A stretch of DNA of 62,231 nt, counting the filler, from Rhabdomonas costata (Eukaryota): the NCBI GenBank assembly GCA_019059605.1. It is 33 parts of 33 records of this genome, joined end to end, with 100 filler letters (N's around TTAATTAATTAA, not from the genome) between each part and the next. Parts side by side here need not be neighbours in the genome. Positions count along the whole stretch, not along the records: positions 34,008 to 35,796 come from JAHMHO010009030.1; positions 35,897 to 37,685 come from JAHMHO010009031.1; positions 37,786 to 39,574 come from JAHMHO010009032.1; positions 39,675 to 41,464 come from JAHMHO010009033.1; positions 41,565 to 43,352 come from JAHMHO010009034.1; positions 43,453 to 45,241 come from JAHMHO010009035.1; positions 45,342 to 47,129 come from JAHMHO010009036.1; positions 47,230 to 49,016 come from JAHMHO010009037.1; 25 more parts are not named here. One strand, written 5' to 3'. Position 1 is the first letter of the stretch. Each line of letters starts with the position of its first letter. Made by a program: the position numbers and the translations under genes. Shown here piece by piece: positions 34,537 through 48,654 of this stretch. Below the pieces are notes generated by a model, which ran no database searches, was not told the DNA's origin, and worked only from the letters and a program-made list of their open reading frames with translations.

Positions 34537-37500
34537 CTGCAAAGGTGGGAAGGGGGGAGCCATGGCGTCAACGGTGTGCCTTCGAGTGCCGGAATATTAT
34601 CGGAGGACGCTGAATTTGCTCCGTGACAGGTGGGTCGCCGCCGTTTTACTTCCAAAAAACTCGCCAACATCGGCATATGTGCATTTATGACCACCCCACT
34701 CCTCACCCGCTGTATCCATGTTTACAGCTCAAATAGGGCGGACCCACCCTAGTGAGGGGGAAGAAATAATACACAAATACAGCGCCCCATCATCTTGAAA
34801 ATTTCATCCGATAGCGATATAAAACACAGTGACATTCTTCATGGATGTACTTTCCCTAATTAAAAACAAACCTTGTCCCATCGGTTTGGGACGAGAGGAG
34901 AGAGAAGAGGCAGAAGGGGACCTGTGCGAGGAAGGGTGTGGTCGGTTTGGTGGCGGACCGAAGTCTGAGCGAGGTCGGCTAAAAGGGGGGTACTTGATGT
35001 CGGTTATTCCTGTGCATGGCTTCTTTACACGTTTGCTATTTTATGGGGTGTCATCCCTCGAACGCAGCCTGAATAGCAGGCTCCCTTGTTCATACTGCGC
35101 CGACTGCAACTACTCGCGTGCAGTGTTGTCTCTCTTTTTTTTTCTTTTGCTGGTGGGGCCCCTGCTCCCTGCCATGACCGGTTTTCACTGGTGGGAAGTG
35201 CAGCAACAACAGCCGCTCTACCACGCACCTCTCTCCCCCACTCCAAGCCAACCGAGACCAGCCCTCACCAAAGGACTTGTGTTCTCGGGGTCAAGGAGGT
35301 GAGAAGAGATGGCCCAGCCCGTGGCATTCCCAAACACTTGTTTCCCTGTGTATATCTCCGGTGCCCACGCGTTCCCCTCGCTCGATTCCTCTGTCCCCCG
35401 TTCCCAGTTACCTGTACCACTATTGTCCCAAAAGGCTTTTTCTGGGCACTTTTTTTTTCTGAGCCTGTTTGTTCATCTATTTGCGAATGTGCATGTGTAT
35501 GTTGTGCTGATCTTGGGCGCTTCAAAGGTGGACGCAACCCTCCTGTGAAGACGGCGCCGCCTTTGGGTGCAGTGTTGCGCTTGAGTGTAACCTCAGAAAA
35601 GGAGAGAGGAGATGCTTGGGAATCATCAGTTAAATTACTGGGAACATTTGAGGTCCAAGGAGACGGCTCCTGAATGCCGGCTGTCAACTCAATTGAAAGT
35701 CAGATGGGAGAGTCTCCTGACTGTGAAGGTATACGACATATGAATATGAATATGGCATACTCTAGGCTGGCCGATATCTCAACACCCCCCCCCCACNNNN
35801 NNNNNNNNNNNNNNNNNNNNNNNNNNNNNNNNNNNNNNNNTTAATTAATTAANNNNNNNNNNNNNNNNNNNNNNNNNNNNNNNNNNNNNNNNNNNNTTTT
35901 GGTGGGTCACACAGACACACATGCACATTTGACAAGGGTGCATTGGTTTTCTGGGAAACTCAAGGTCCTTTTGATTTTTGGGCTCCCCTCCTCTATCGGT
36001 TGCTCAAGTTTGTTCATCTTGATGCCTCTCGACAACGGCGTCTCCACTCATCCTCTTTGCCAACATTTCCTTCCATTACCGACAGCGCAGGTTTTCTCAT
36101 TAATTTGCACCGCTCCTAAAATGCCCCAATTCGTCTCACACACTTGCTCAGAGAAAGGAGGGAGGGAAGAGCAAGTCAAGTATGCATGGAAGAGTAACAA
36201 CGCATGCTGAATAGGGCTGGAGTTGACCAACTATAAATCTTCCGTCTGCTTGCATTTCCTCGCATCGCCTCAAACGAGATGCCGAGCTAAGATAACATAA
36301 AAAAGCCAAAAGACTCACCTTGTCGGTGATCACCTTGCGGACACATGGGGAGACATGGCCCGGGCTTCTGCCCGGTGAGACCTTTCCTGCACCGCAGGGA
36401 TGGGGCTGCGAGTTGAAATTGTGCAGGCAGACGGAGAGCGAGAAAGCAAAGACGCCGAAACGTGTAAGAGAGAGCTAGACAGCGAGACAGAGACATAGAA
36501 GGACTGTATGTGTGTGTGTGTGTGTGTTTGCGCGCGCGCGTGACCGTGTTTCCTTAGGCTGCATTTGCGGATTTGACCACGAGGAGTTGGCTCGTGGCCA
36601 AAACATACACGGATTTGTGAGGATGGATTAGCATTTGTTCGGAGTCGGCCAGGGTGATGTTTTATCTGATGGTCCCGCCTCGCAACTGGAGGCGTGCGTG
36701 GCCCGAACGGATTTCCGTTCACAGGGCACTGTCTCGCCCTGTGCACCTCCCGGCTCGTGAACCAGCCCCTAACTCGCACTCACGCAGCTTCAGAGCGGCT
36801 CATGACAAATTTTTATTAATATGATTACATTTCTGCACGCACGCACAAGCACACACACACACCATTCGTATGTACACTTCCTATACTTCTTATACCCCTT
36901 CGCTTTCCTTCCCAGCACACCTGTTCGTGCCGGGGGGTTGTTCTCTCTGGAGCGACGGTGGTCGAACTTCGCTTGTTCCCCTTCGCAGAGGAGAGACGCC
37001 CTCGTGGGTCCAGCACCCTTGGGGAAGACCCACATGAGGACGATGACTCATACTCCGCCTCCACAAAGCCCAGGCCGTGAAGCAACTCCGGTAGCTCTGT
37101 GAGGCGCCGCAACATTTTGGGGTATTTCCCTCTTAAATTATCCATGCGTTGAGGAACCAAAGAGAGGCATGCGGGGAGGGTGTGAAACCAGAAGGTCATG
37201 AAAAAAAAGGCCAAAACTTCAAAAGCCGGAAGTGGCATGTTCAGAAAGATGGCGACCAAGTCATACGTTGCAGGGACGACAACAGAGATAAGTTGAGGGG
37301 GGTAGTGGTATCGTGCAGTGGGGCTCGCAAGCGGTCCTCCTTCCTTTAACTTGGAAAAAAATCATCCACCTTGAATGATGGGAGTGGAAGTCGGCCTCAT
37401 TGAGGATCTGAAAAGAAACGGGCGCAGAGGGAAGGAGTCTTGGGCGAAAACGATGGGGAAGGAGCCTGGAAAACCGAAGACTCCTGCCAACAATGTTCAC

Positions 37501-39989
37501 TTGACCATTCCATTCTCGCACCAGCCGCCCAAACCTCTCCTCATGACTGTCAAGTTATGAATGCGTGTATCTTTCGGAAAAAAAACATCTTCCCCATTCA
37601 TGAACGACACCTGTTCTCACTGCACTTCCTTCGCTTCTGTAAACCCAAACGTTCGAATACATGTTCACCCCCCCCCCACACCACCNNNNNNNNNNNNNNN
37701 NNNNNNNNNNNNNNNNNNNNNNNNNNNNNTTAATTAATTAANNNNNNNNNNNNNNNNNNNNNNNNNNNNNNNNNNNNNNNNNNNNTGTTTGTGGGGACGA
37801 AAACATCACCTCCCCACCAACATCATCAACTGACAAGGTACGATTTGGATGACCATGAGAACCTGGAGACTGAGGGCTACAACGCCTTCAACTACCACTA
37901 TGAACAGGAAAAACTCTTTTGCAAATCATCAGTGGTCCTTGTTGGACAATGCACTTGACAAAATCTGGGGTACTGTTTTTTGCATTGTACTTGGCCGGAT
38001 GGCTCATGATATAAAAAACTGAAACAAATGAAGCAATATTGGATGTACTGGAAGCAAACGCTGTGCTTGAAAGATAGTGGCACGTTGAGGCGCCGGCCTC
38101 CGTGGTCAACTGTCTTCTCATGGATCTATTCAACAGATGATTAACAGTACACTGGGAAAATCAAGTGCTGCTCATGCGCCTCAGAGATTAAGCAATTGAG
38201 CTCTGTTTTTCGTCCTGGTAAGACATTTGCCGCACATGTGCTCCAACCAGTACAGTTAATGGCATCAATGTTGTCTATGTGGGGTCATTTGCGAGAACGC
38301 TTTCACCACTTGAAACTATTTGGTCTTCAGATTCAGCAAGCATCTACTACGGTGTCATTGGACTTTGCGGCAATTTACGACGAAAAATTGCCACCACTGT
38401 CAGCACATTGCACAAAACACATTTGCCAACAAATGTTGTGAAAAGACCTTTTTTAGGCATGGGGCAGTTGCCAAAATGTGTGCTGAAAGCACCTTTTGTT
38501 AACCATATTTGCTCCAAGGACATTGTGAGATTTGACAAAAATACCGCAAGGACACGGTGGCAGCACTCTCGATGACCAAATCCTTTACTGGAAGGCGCCG
38601 CTCGCCTTCAGGTTCATGCTGCCATCTTACATATGAATTTCTTTTTTATCTAGTGTGTATGTCTGGCGAACCAACCCACAAGCACGAGTTCCCCGACCCA
38701 TCTTTCCACCTCACCCTGGATATCAGGGTCTGCAAAACTACCATTGAGGGATTCACCGGAAAAGCAGCAGAATCAGCATCGAGATAACCAAAGGTAGCAG
38801 CGCCTCACCTCCAAAGACACTCGGGCACCGCTGAGGTCGGCAGTGAGGTGGACATTCGGAGCCCATACCGTATACCATGCTGTACGAGGCCACAGTCCAC
38901 CTAAGGTTCCTCCCAATTCCAATTTGGCTGTAATTTTAAGCTGTTAAAGGAGTTTTTCTAGCAGTTTAGAGTCGGAAAACGACTCCTTACCAATCAGGTT
39001 AGACAACGGTTTTGGTGTAGTGTCGCGAAGTGGGAGATGGTGTCCCGAACCGGCTTTGCAACTGGCAACAGGGAAAGCTGATCAGCCAAGAAATCCCAAA
39101 GTCAAGGCACAGTTTTGAAGCAGTGCTTCATCAACAATAACTCAGTATGAACCCACCACACATAGAGTCGCCAATAGTATGGAGCCGTTCTTCAATCCTG
39201 CGGCTTTTGAAGAGCACCAGCACACACAAAGTGGCCGAGAAACCGGTTTAGAATGCCATGCCACTTGGGTAAAGGATCACGGCTTACATGGTTGGACTGA
39301 ATGGGGAATTTCAATGCCAATGTTGCTCCATTGCACTTGTATGTGCTGTTGATAGTCTTCGGTATCTGTGCCGAGATGTGTACCATACAAAACACAATCC
39401 AAGATAATTCGAAACCGGCGGGATGCTGACAAAACTCATTATAAAACTGGGACAACACCATAAAAAGAAACCGGAATCACGGTGCACAGAAACCAGGAGC
39501 ACCAAGAGAGAGTACCAGCTTCTACAAGTGTGGATACCGAACGAAAACAAACCCGGAGGCAAAAACACAAACAANNNNNNNNNNNNNNNNNNNNNNNNNN
39601 NNNNNNNNNNNNNNNNNNTTAATTAATTAANNNNNNNNNNNNNNNNNNNNNNNNNNNNNNNNNNNNNNNNNNNNTTGTGGTCCGGAATGAGTATGTTTTA
39701 GAACTGCCCTGGAGGCCATTAAGGGCCCTTTTTTCCCTTTACACAGGCGTGGAAGGTTGGTATATTTTGCTTGTTTTTGGTTTTTGAAAAGAGAAAGAGC
39801 TGTAAGAACACGTGCACGCTGGTGCGCAGGCTCTGATTTTTGGTGTTCTTCTTGGCGTTTGAACTTCGCACCACACGGAGCCTACCTGCTGTCGAGGCAG
39901 ATTACTTATTCTCTCCTTGTTCAGGCGCTTCCACCGTGACCTTTTGCGGTTGTACATAAATACATTATCTCCGACTGACCCCTTTCATC

Positions 39990-41460
39990 ATGCAGCTCTG
40001 CATGCCCGATCCTAGAGTGTTGCAAGCAAGGCTTCGCAACGTGACTCCGCAGCCTTCGGCCTCACCTCAGCATTCCCTACCACCTCAAAAACCTTCCCTT
40101 CCTTGGAATGCGGTCGCATACAAGCCTCAAAGTCAGCCCATGGTATGTTTCTCTTTGCGACACATTCCCGCTTACGTTATTGTGCTGTGCCCACTTTGTG
40201 TTGCATTTTTTTTTGCCATTCTGCCTGACAAGTGAAATTCCTTTCCCAGCGTGTGCTACAACGGAAAATTCAATTCTTGGGCCATGCTCTAAGCTTGATT
40301 TGAAAATAGCCCGAACTTTGATGTGAAACTTTTTGCGTTTTTCTCCAGATGAAGACTGTCGTTCAGTTAAATCGAAACACGTCGGTTTGCAGAAGAGAGC
40401 CGAGTTTGACTGTCTTCTCCATGTGCCTTAGGTCATTCAATCTGAAATGCCGGAAGGTGAGAACTTCAGCTCTCCCTACCACCACGTTTACAACCCTCCC
40501 ACGAGGGGTGTGCCGCACTCTGAAGCTGAGTACGTACCCTCGCAGCAAGCTGGCTACGGAAGTCCCACCTCTTCCGCTGAATCTAGGCCTCACCGAGAGC
40601 ACGAGGGAACACCTTCAGTAGCAGGCTCGGAGCTCTTGCGGCGGCAGAAGCAACCTGGTGACCTGACGAATCAGGAGCTTTTCATTCAGAAGCAGGTTTA
40701 CCAAAATGTTTTCTGCTATCATCCCATTTTTTTTACGAACTCGCACCACATTAAAATTGCAAGAAACGAACTAAAATCCAGTGTGTCCATCTTGCGTTGC
40801 CAGAATGGCGAATGTATCTTGGGGACTAACAAACAGTTCGGGGTTTTGGGATCGGTAACCGTTTTGTGGATTAATTTGAATCAAATCGGGTGGGCGCGAA
40901 TGCCGTTTCTCCGCCGATGGCGAGTGAGCGTTATCTTCTTTCAATTTGGCGCCCAGGCACGAACGCAAATACAGACACGCACTTACTGCTCTCACCTGGG
41001 AATAAGGCTGCTGCATACCAGTACATTGCCGCATTGCCCCTCCAGTGGTTGTTTCAAACCACTTTGCCTTCCATGAAAAAGAGGAGCATTTAATAGAGAG
41101 CCGATCACCTGCTCAGCGGTGAAGATAATAAGTCAATAATAATCGAGCACAGTAATCGAATCCTCGAAGGTTTCGAGCATTTTTTCGTGTCTTTGCTCTT
41201 GGTAACTGGTAATCAAACTAATTTACTGTAATCGACTCCTAATTACGGGGGAAATTCTGGTACCATTTTACGTTGGAATAGAGATAATAATCGAACGATA
41301 TTCGGTAATCCACACACTCCAGGAAAACAGTGATCGACTGTTGAACATCGCGTTGACCCCAATCCTATGTGCAGGAGAGGAAGATTCAAGAGCTTCTCGC
41401 GGAGACGAAGAACCTCAAGCGGCAGCTGGCCAGGGCCCATGGAGCGGGCCGCTCCACCCC
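39990..41460 (+). CDS. Hypothetical protein, exons ~39990-40142, 40432-40695, 41375-contig edge; C-terminal coiled coil
   Basis: Phase-0 GT-AG joins ...QSQPM/VIQSEMPEG...QELFIQKQ/ERKIQELLAETKNLKRQLARA. Confidence 0.6.
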
Positions 41461-43646
41461 CACCNNNNNNNNNNNNNNNNNNNNNNNNNNNNNNNNNNNN
41501 NNNNNNNNTTAATTAATTAANNNNNNNNNNNNNNNNNNNNNNNNNNNNNNNNNNNNNNNNNNNNGGTGGGTGTGGTAGAGGGGCAGCCAGAGGACAAGAA
41601 GAAATACAAAGCAAAACTCAGCTTTGATTTGCCGGTGTCCGCATATGTACTCCTCCGATGCCCTTCAGGTTTATACAGGCATGCATAAAAAACGTACACA
41701 CTTTGCATACCACACGCACACGCACGCGCTCCATCAATCGCTCGCTCACAGGCACACTCATGAACTTACAAAACAAAGGCGACGAATGGGAAGTGATTCC
41801 AAAAACCAAGCATCGAATTAAACGATGCTTTCTGTTTTTCTGCTTTTCGCGACTTGCGCGACCGTTTCACCTGGCTAGTTGTTTAATCTCAAGTTAATTT
41901 CCGATCACAATCCCTCAACCTATCCAGCTAACTCAAATGCTAAATCTCGCTGAAAAAGCGGCAACAACCAGCCTTGAGCGCGTATGCTACCATACCCTTA
42001 TAATTACGAACGGATAATGTTGCGCAAGCGTTAAGAATCTCGTGGCGAAGTACAAGAGGCCGAGCCACTGTGGGGGGAGAATATGTATCCCGGTGGTACA
42101 CATCAAAAGTAGTGATGTGTACAAGAAGGAGCTCTCCAGATGTGGGAAACACATTTTGTGGTTGGGGAAGGACATGCTGCACAAAATAGGGTCGTCAGGC
42201 CGTGATGAGGAAGTCGAACATTGATATTTGCTTTGAATTGGGATTTTTTTTGTTCTTTTCAACCTTTTCAACCTTTTCAATCTTTTCAAAACTATTTCAA
42301 CATCTGCGCTGTGGCGGGCAAGTAAAATAAGCTGTCTCAGAACACGGAATCCGTTCTCTCTCCGGTGCGGCTGGAACATGTTACCATAGCGAGCGCATGG
42401 GCAGATTTTTGCGGTGTGGTGTGGGCAGGAAGACAGCAGTGTTCCCATCCGTTGCCGTTTTCGCTGTGGGTTGGGCATACATGGCTAACGACTTACACAG
42501 AGCACACCCAAGAGAACAAGACAGGACACTGGGTGGGGACGTCTCCAGGCTATCCCACGCAAGCCAATGTCACCCTCGGGCAGCACTCTCCACAATTGAA
42601 AGGCCAACCACAAGGGGAGCGAAAACTGAAGTGGGAAAGGGGAATGGTGGAGACATCATTACTACCTCTCCTATACTCAACCAAAACCAGACAACATGCG
42701 ATGCGTAACAGGAATGACGGCAATGATAACTGCTTCACTCTCTCAAGTGGGGCCAAGCTCTCCCCCGAAAGGAAAAAGTCTGCAAACGTACCCTTGGGTG
42801 GAGGCAGGGGCGACCCATGCCCACATGTCGGCGCACGTAGGCAAATTCTCCATCACCCCCTTTCTCTCACATCAAACACAAACCAGACCAACCTAAAGAG
42901 TGAACGATGCCGATGAGGAGACAATGGATACGCACGCACGCACGCACATGTAATAGAGAGAAACCGCAATGACTAGCCTTTCCACAAAAAGACGTCATTA
43001 CGAGATCAACTGCGAAACGTATTTGCATGAACACCGCACGGGTGGAACTGGAAGTGCATTTGGCGGTCTGATTCCAATCCCATACTCAAGTGCATACACG
43101 ATCCTCCGCAATTATGCAGATCACAGCGAACTAAGCTGCTCTGACCCACATGCGCCACCATAGCCGCTCACTCCCTCTGAGCCTTTTTGAAAGAACATTT
43201 ATTGGTGATTTCCAACGAACCTCAAATGGCGTCAAGCTCACCCCTCCCCCTCGCACTCTGCAGTCAGCCCAGAGAAGAAAGGCAGGACACATTGAAGAAA
43301 CGAGAGAACGGGGGAAATGGAAAAATCGCCCCAAAAAGCATGCCAACCTTTGNNNNNNNNNNNNNNNNNNNNNNNNNNNNNNNNNNNNNNNNNNNNTTAA
43401 TTAATTAANNNNNNNNNNNNNNNNNNNNNNNNNNNNNNNNNNNNNNNNNNNNGTGGGTGGGTGTGTGACGGCCATAGTGGCTACACTTCACCCCGCCCAG
43501 TGGGCCATATGCAGAAACCAAGCCTGCCTTGCACAGGTTGTGCACCTGACGAGTCCGACTTTGTTGTTCCCCTTGTTTTGTTCTTGGGAAGACACCAGAG
43601 CAGTGTGTGTCTTACTGAGCGAGAACGAAAGAATGGGAAGCCCTAC

Positions 43647-44800
43647 CCAATGGTGGCCTCAGGGGTAACGCAGCGGATTTCCTCGGAGCTGATGAACAGC
43701 CCCGGGGCCTCGGCGCCGCCAAACGAGCACTGCAGCGCAGTGTTGTTGGCGAAGCCCGAGCCCGTCACAGTGATGACGGTGCCCCCGCGGGAGTCCGCAA
43801 AGGCAGGCGAGAGCCCCGTGACCTCGTACAGGAGCACGCGCACCACAGTGGCCGAGGGCACGGCAAGGGTGGCATACAGGACCCGGGCCACGGGGTCCAC
43901 GGCCATTGCGGCGACGGTCTGCATATCCGCCGAGGAGGTGGCGTCCAGCGCGGTCAGCCCGGTGAGGGCCAGGGTGTCCAGGCGGAACTTGTAGATCACC
44001 CCAGGCTGGTCCTTGTTGACTGCCAAAAATCTGGACAGGAACGAGCCGGGTACCGAGCGAGCTGGAGAAGGTGCATTATGGGAATTTCAGGGGAAATGAC
44101 TCTTTTTGTTGCAGAAGTGAATGCTTCACCTGGGCTGCAACAAAAGATGGCTGCCCTACAGCTATTCATAGGTGTACCGGGATCGCTCACCTCTCAACTT
44201 GCCATTATAAGATTTTGGAAGGCATATCTTTGTCCAGGATGGCCCAAGATGTTTGGCGCACGCGGTGTTCCCTTCCGGTCTAATGAACTACACTCTGCTG
44301 TGACCGTGCATCTGTGGTACAGCAGATAACGCTACTGTAAAGGTTTGCAAAGCGCGAAGAGGACAGGAGCTGGGAATATCACTGCTTGGCGCCAGCACCC
44401 GAGCGCCCACGTGGAGAGCAGCGCCCGCCCCTTCCCTCCAAGAAAGCAGCAGTTCCCCGTCCTCCCCCCTCCCGGGGGGGGGGTACTGTTCGCATACCCC
44501 TGCATGGAGACCACGTCCACCGCCAAGCCGGTGATGTCGGGGCGGTCGTTGACGATGGGCTGGTACTGCACCTTGACCGCCGCGGGGTTGGACATGTTCA
44601 GCGAGGCTACCCCAACCTTCTTGGTGCGGTCTGTCGTGGACACCGCCAGGAAGAGCATCGGAGCCCCCCGCAGGCTCACCGACTGCATCGCCGCTACAGT
44701 GCAGCTGACATTCTGGGGGCAGATCGGCAGGGAAGACAGGCTGAATGCTGCCTGCATCGCCCGCAGCCCGGGCCACCGGCCCTCCATCGCCGCCATTGGC
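43647..44800 (-). CDS. IPT/TIG-domain, beta-propeller-like surface protein fragment, exons 44800-44498 and 44030-43647
   Basis: ITGLAVD and AMAVDP blade-like motifs, then VTGLSPAFADSRGGTVITVTGSGF...LQCSFGG...FISSEEIRCVTP (classic IPT/TIG). In-phase GT-AG junction. Confidence 0.85.
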
Positions 44801-45893
44801 CTGTGGGGCAGAAGCGCGAATCCGTGGGAAAACAACTTTCATCGCACTGCACCTCTTACATCTTCCGGTGCCCAGAGCCAACTGACAAATAATGACAAGA
44901 AGAAGCAATAGAAAGGAAGGCATAAAGCCGCCTTGCTCTCAGCCGGAAGAAACAGGTAACAGCAGCATGAGCATTGAAGCAAGGTAGAAAATGGAGAAGG
45001 GGCTAACGCGGTTGGTTTTCAGAAGGTAGGAGCAGGTGATGCTGAACGAGAGACATCAAGAAAAAGGATGGCGAAAGGCGGAAGCAATGAGGAAATGATA
45101 ATGAAGTTCATCGAACCCCCCCCCCCAAAAAAAAACAATCTGCAGAAAAGTCACCAGGCATGCCCGCACAAACGGGGAGCCAACAGTATTCACGACGGTT
45201 CACCAGAAAAAGGCACACACAACACCACACACACCCACCACNNNNNNNNNNNNNNNNNNNNNNNNNNNNNNNNNNNNNNNNNNNNTTAATTAATTAANNN
45301 NNNNNNNNNNNNNNNNNNNNNNNNNNNNNNNNNNNNNNNNNTGTGGGTGGGGGATGTCATCAAAGACCACCTGTTTGGTTTCGAAGGTTTGGGAATGCGA
45401 GTGCTTCGTTGCAGCCACTGAGGGAACGGCAGCTTCGAGCTATATCAGTTGCCGGAAGCTGTGTGGGCCGGTCCTGAATGTAGTTTGGTCGCTGATTTCC
45501 TTCTTTGCTGTCTTCGTTCACTTGGCGAGGCCACGAGACGATGCACACGCAACCTTAAAAAAACAGATGAGAAGAAAGATGGTGCTGCAGCGAAACTGTG
45601 GCCTACAAAACTACTGAGCTCTTGCTGGCCTACGTCCCTCGGAAGATCAACTCCCATGACGGCCATTCACCATCACCCGTGCTCGTGCGTATCTGCTCAG
45701 CGCAGGCCTCCTGCTCGTTCTGCCTCTCGAAAGACAAAATCCGTTATCGGTCATGAGAAAACTGATGACGCACCTGAGTGTGTGGTGATTTTTTGTCCGG
45801 GAAACTGAGAAATAAACCGACCGCGCTTAATGTTCACTGAAACCGTGCATAGAGCTTGAGGTGCAATCACAGCAAAACAAGGGGGTTGGGCAC

Positions 45894-46496
45894 CTGGTTC
45901 TGCACCAGCTCTGGGCTGAGAAGGCGGCCCAGTAGCCGGCGGATAGTGTCCATCCGCAGCGTCAGCGGGGGCATGTACAGCGGCTCAACGTCCTCCGGAA
46001 AGAACTGTGTCGTTCCCGTGTGTGATTGTATGTGTGTGTGGGACAAAGGCACACGAAAAAGTGCTGCACTTTTAATGCACGCCCCCTTCCAGCTCCCTTC
46101 CACACAGAGCACTGTTGTGGAAAGGCAGACCTGAGAAGAACCCGAACAGCAATAATACACCAACTTGAAAGCAGTCTGAAAATCACAGGCATCGAAATGA
46201 AGGGTGGGGGGCTGAAAAGGGCTCTCAAGTTGGCCCAGAAGCGCAGCTTCCACCTCCATAGAGCTTAGGCTCGAGGGCATCGGCATCGGCACGGCGATCT
46301 TCCTGACACTCTTCGCAGGCAGTGGCTGCGGGTAAAGCGCCGTCCCTGAGGGAGGGATCGGAGGAGGAGTTGGGTCTCTCGACGAGCTTGGGGTGGGGCT
46401 GCTCGTTTCCCGCAGAGGGGTCATAAGGGCAGCCACCAGAGCACTGGAGGGAAGCACAAAGTCGGGCCGCAGCTCGCAAGAGAACTCCTCCAACTC
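45894..46496 (-). CDS. Two exons (46496-46131, 46004-45894) of a hypothetical protein
   Basis: Both exons are phase 0 (366 and 111 nt), GT-AG bounded and GC3-rich. An acidic coding-like stretch at ~46970-47129 may be an upstream exon. Confidence 0.55.
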
Positions 46497-47837
46497 CTGA
46501 GCCTGTGTGAGCCCGTGGGATGCGTGGGTGTGAATTCGGAAATGAGAAGACTCAGTGCATGTGGATGTGAGTGTGGGTCACTCGAAGTGCGACGTGAAAT
46601 GAGCTGAGCCGAAACCGTTATGCGGTGTCACTAAGACACAAGGTGGGAAGGCCGACAAAGCTTGCGCAGCCACGGGGTGTGGCCACTTCATTTCATTTTG
46701 TCTAAAGCTGGGGACACAGACAGCGAGAAGGGAAGGTTGAGCAAACAGATGGAGGGGAGCGGGGGAGCAGCTGCTCCATTGAACGGAAACCCACCGAATT
46801 GAAAATTTGGTCGGCCCTGTCAGGTAGATGGTAGATCCGTCTCCATGAAGGTTGCCGCCAAAAAGGGTCCGCAGAGATATATCAGAGATATCAGTAGCAG
46901 AGACAACTGGTAAGGACCCAGACTCGAGAGACACAAAACTGGGACGGGCAAAGGGAGGCGAAGAGGACTATGGAAGCCTCATCCTCGGCGGTGTCGCGCA
47001 GCGCGCCGTCCCCAGGGAGCTCGTCATCCTCCTCGGGGTCGCCATCGTCGTCGTCGGAGTCCCCGCGTTCCTCCTCCTCGGTGCCCCTCCTTGGACCCTC
47101 CTCCCTCTCCTCCGGGGGCTCATTGTCCGNNNNNNNNNNNNNNNNNNNNNNNNNNNNNNNNNNNNNNNNNNNNTTAATTAATTAANNNNNNNNNNNNNNN
47201 NNNNNNNNNNNNNNNNNNNNNNNNNNNNNCTTCCCACAAATACACCAGTGATGAAAGTCAACGCACCAAGGGATAGACATGTGCGAGCATTTTTACTTCA
47301 GCGGAGGTTCACACAAAAGAAGAAAAACCGAACCCGCAGAGGAGGACAGATGGGGTCTTGTAACCCCAAAGTATGTGATAAATATGTGCATGTGTATGTG
47401 TGGGTGTCTGGCGCGCTGATTTTTTCTGGGCCCCGGCAGTCTCCACCAGAGGGAAAAAGCATTACCGAATGTTGTAAGAAATGTTGACTTTCGGACTTGC
47501 AAAGGGCCAGCCAACTCACATTATAAGCCATGTCAGCTTAGTTGTTTCTTAAGCGCTGGAAACTCTTTAGGTCAGATATACCGATGTTTCCCAGATGTGC
47601 GGGGTGACATAATCTGTAATTTCTCGCTTCTCACTTTGACTTGGTTTGAGCCATATCTGGGGAAAAGTATGCTGCTGCTCCAGCAACTGCTTTTGCGGGG
47701 TTCGCTGTGAGCCAGCAACGCTCTTTGCATTTTTCTTCAGCCCCACATCTAAACCTGTATGGGGTCGGATGAGGTCAACCTTGTCCGCAGTGTAATTTTC
47801 ACTTTGCATGACGTTTTTATCCGACCCCTCACTGCAG

Positions 47838-48197
47838 TCCCAGAACTTTCACCGGCTGGACACCGCCCGTAGCGTGATCGCCCGTCTGGAGCGGATGCGC
47901 CGCCCCACCGGGGGGCCCACTCCCCGCAGCACTGGCAGCGTCAACGGTGGGGCTGCAGGGCCGCTCTATACCCCAATGTATCAGGCCACCCCTTCCCACC
48001 CCTCGGGGCTGTCTGGGCCCTCGGACTTTTCCAGCAGCTCTGTGCTGTATGGGGGCAGCGCCAGTGTGGCATACTCCACCCCTTCGAAGGCCTCCCCAGT
48101 GAGGTGGAGGGTTCCCAGTGAGGCCTCGCCAGAGATGGGCAGGAAGTCTGCCGCGGGGATGGAGGAGAGCCGCAGGCTCACCGCGGGAGTGGTGTAA
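47838..48197 (+). CDS. Ser/Pro/Gly-rich exon of a hypothetical protein
   Basis: Acceptor ctgcag|, then SQNFHRLDTARSVIARLERMRRP...; GC-rich coding-like composition. Confidence 0.45.
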   Translation, partial: SQNFHRLDTARSVIARLERMRRPTGGPTPRSTGSVNGGAAGPLYTPMYQATPSHPSGLSGPSDFSSSSVLYGGSASVAYSTPSKASPVRWRVPSEASPEMGRKSAAGMEESRRLTAGVV

Positions 48198-48654
48198 GCC
48201 GCACCGGCGGTATGCTTTTGCGGAGGGAAAGAGGTTTTCTCTTGAGTTGAGTTTTTTTAGAGTCCACAGAAATACACTACCACCGACGGACATAATTGCG
48301 GGTCCCATGTGATGGCGTGTTTTTATAACTCGCCTAAAATAATGAATAAGAAAGCTGGCAGTTTTTTTTTTAGTACGAAAGGCAAGCTTCAATGTCACAT
48401 TTACTTTCCCTCGCCCAGCTTTTTTTGTAAGCTCGCGTGGGTCGTCGCACCTCCCGGCCCTTGATCACTGCGAGCTTGGATATACCAAGATGTGCGAAAA
48501 AAAATTCGAAGCAAGCATGGGGGGGGGGGGGAACCCGCCCAGTGCGGTCTCTTTCTCCACTTTCAGACAATTAGAACAACAGGGAACTCCGTAGCATAAA
48601 GAAGAGGGACACCCGTGGAGAGCAGAGTGGTGCTCATGTACTTTAAGGAACGGA

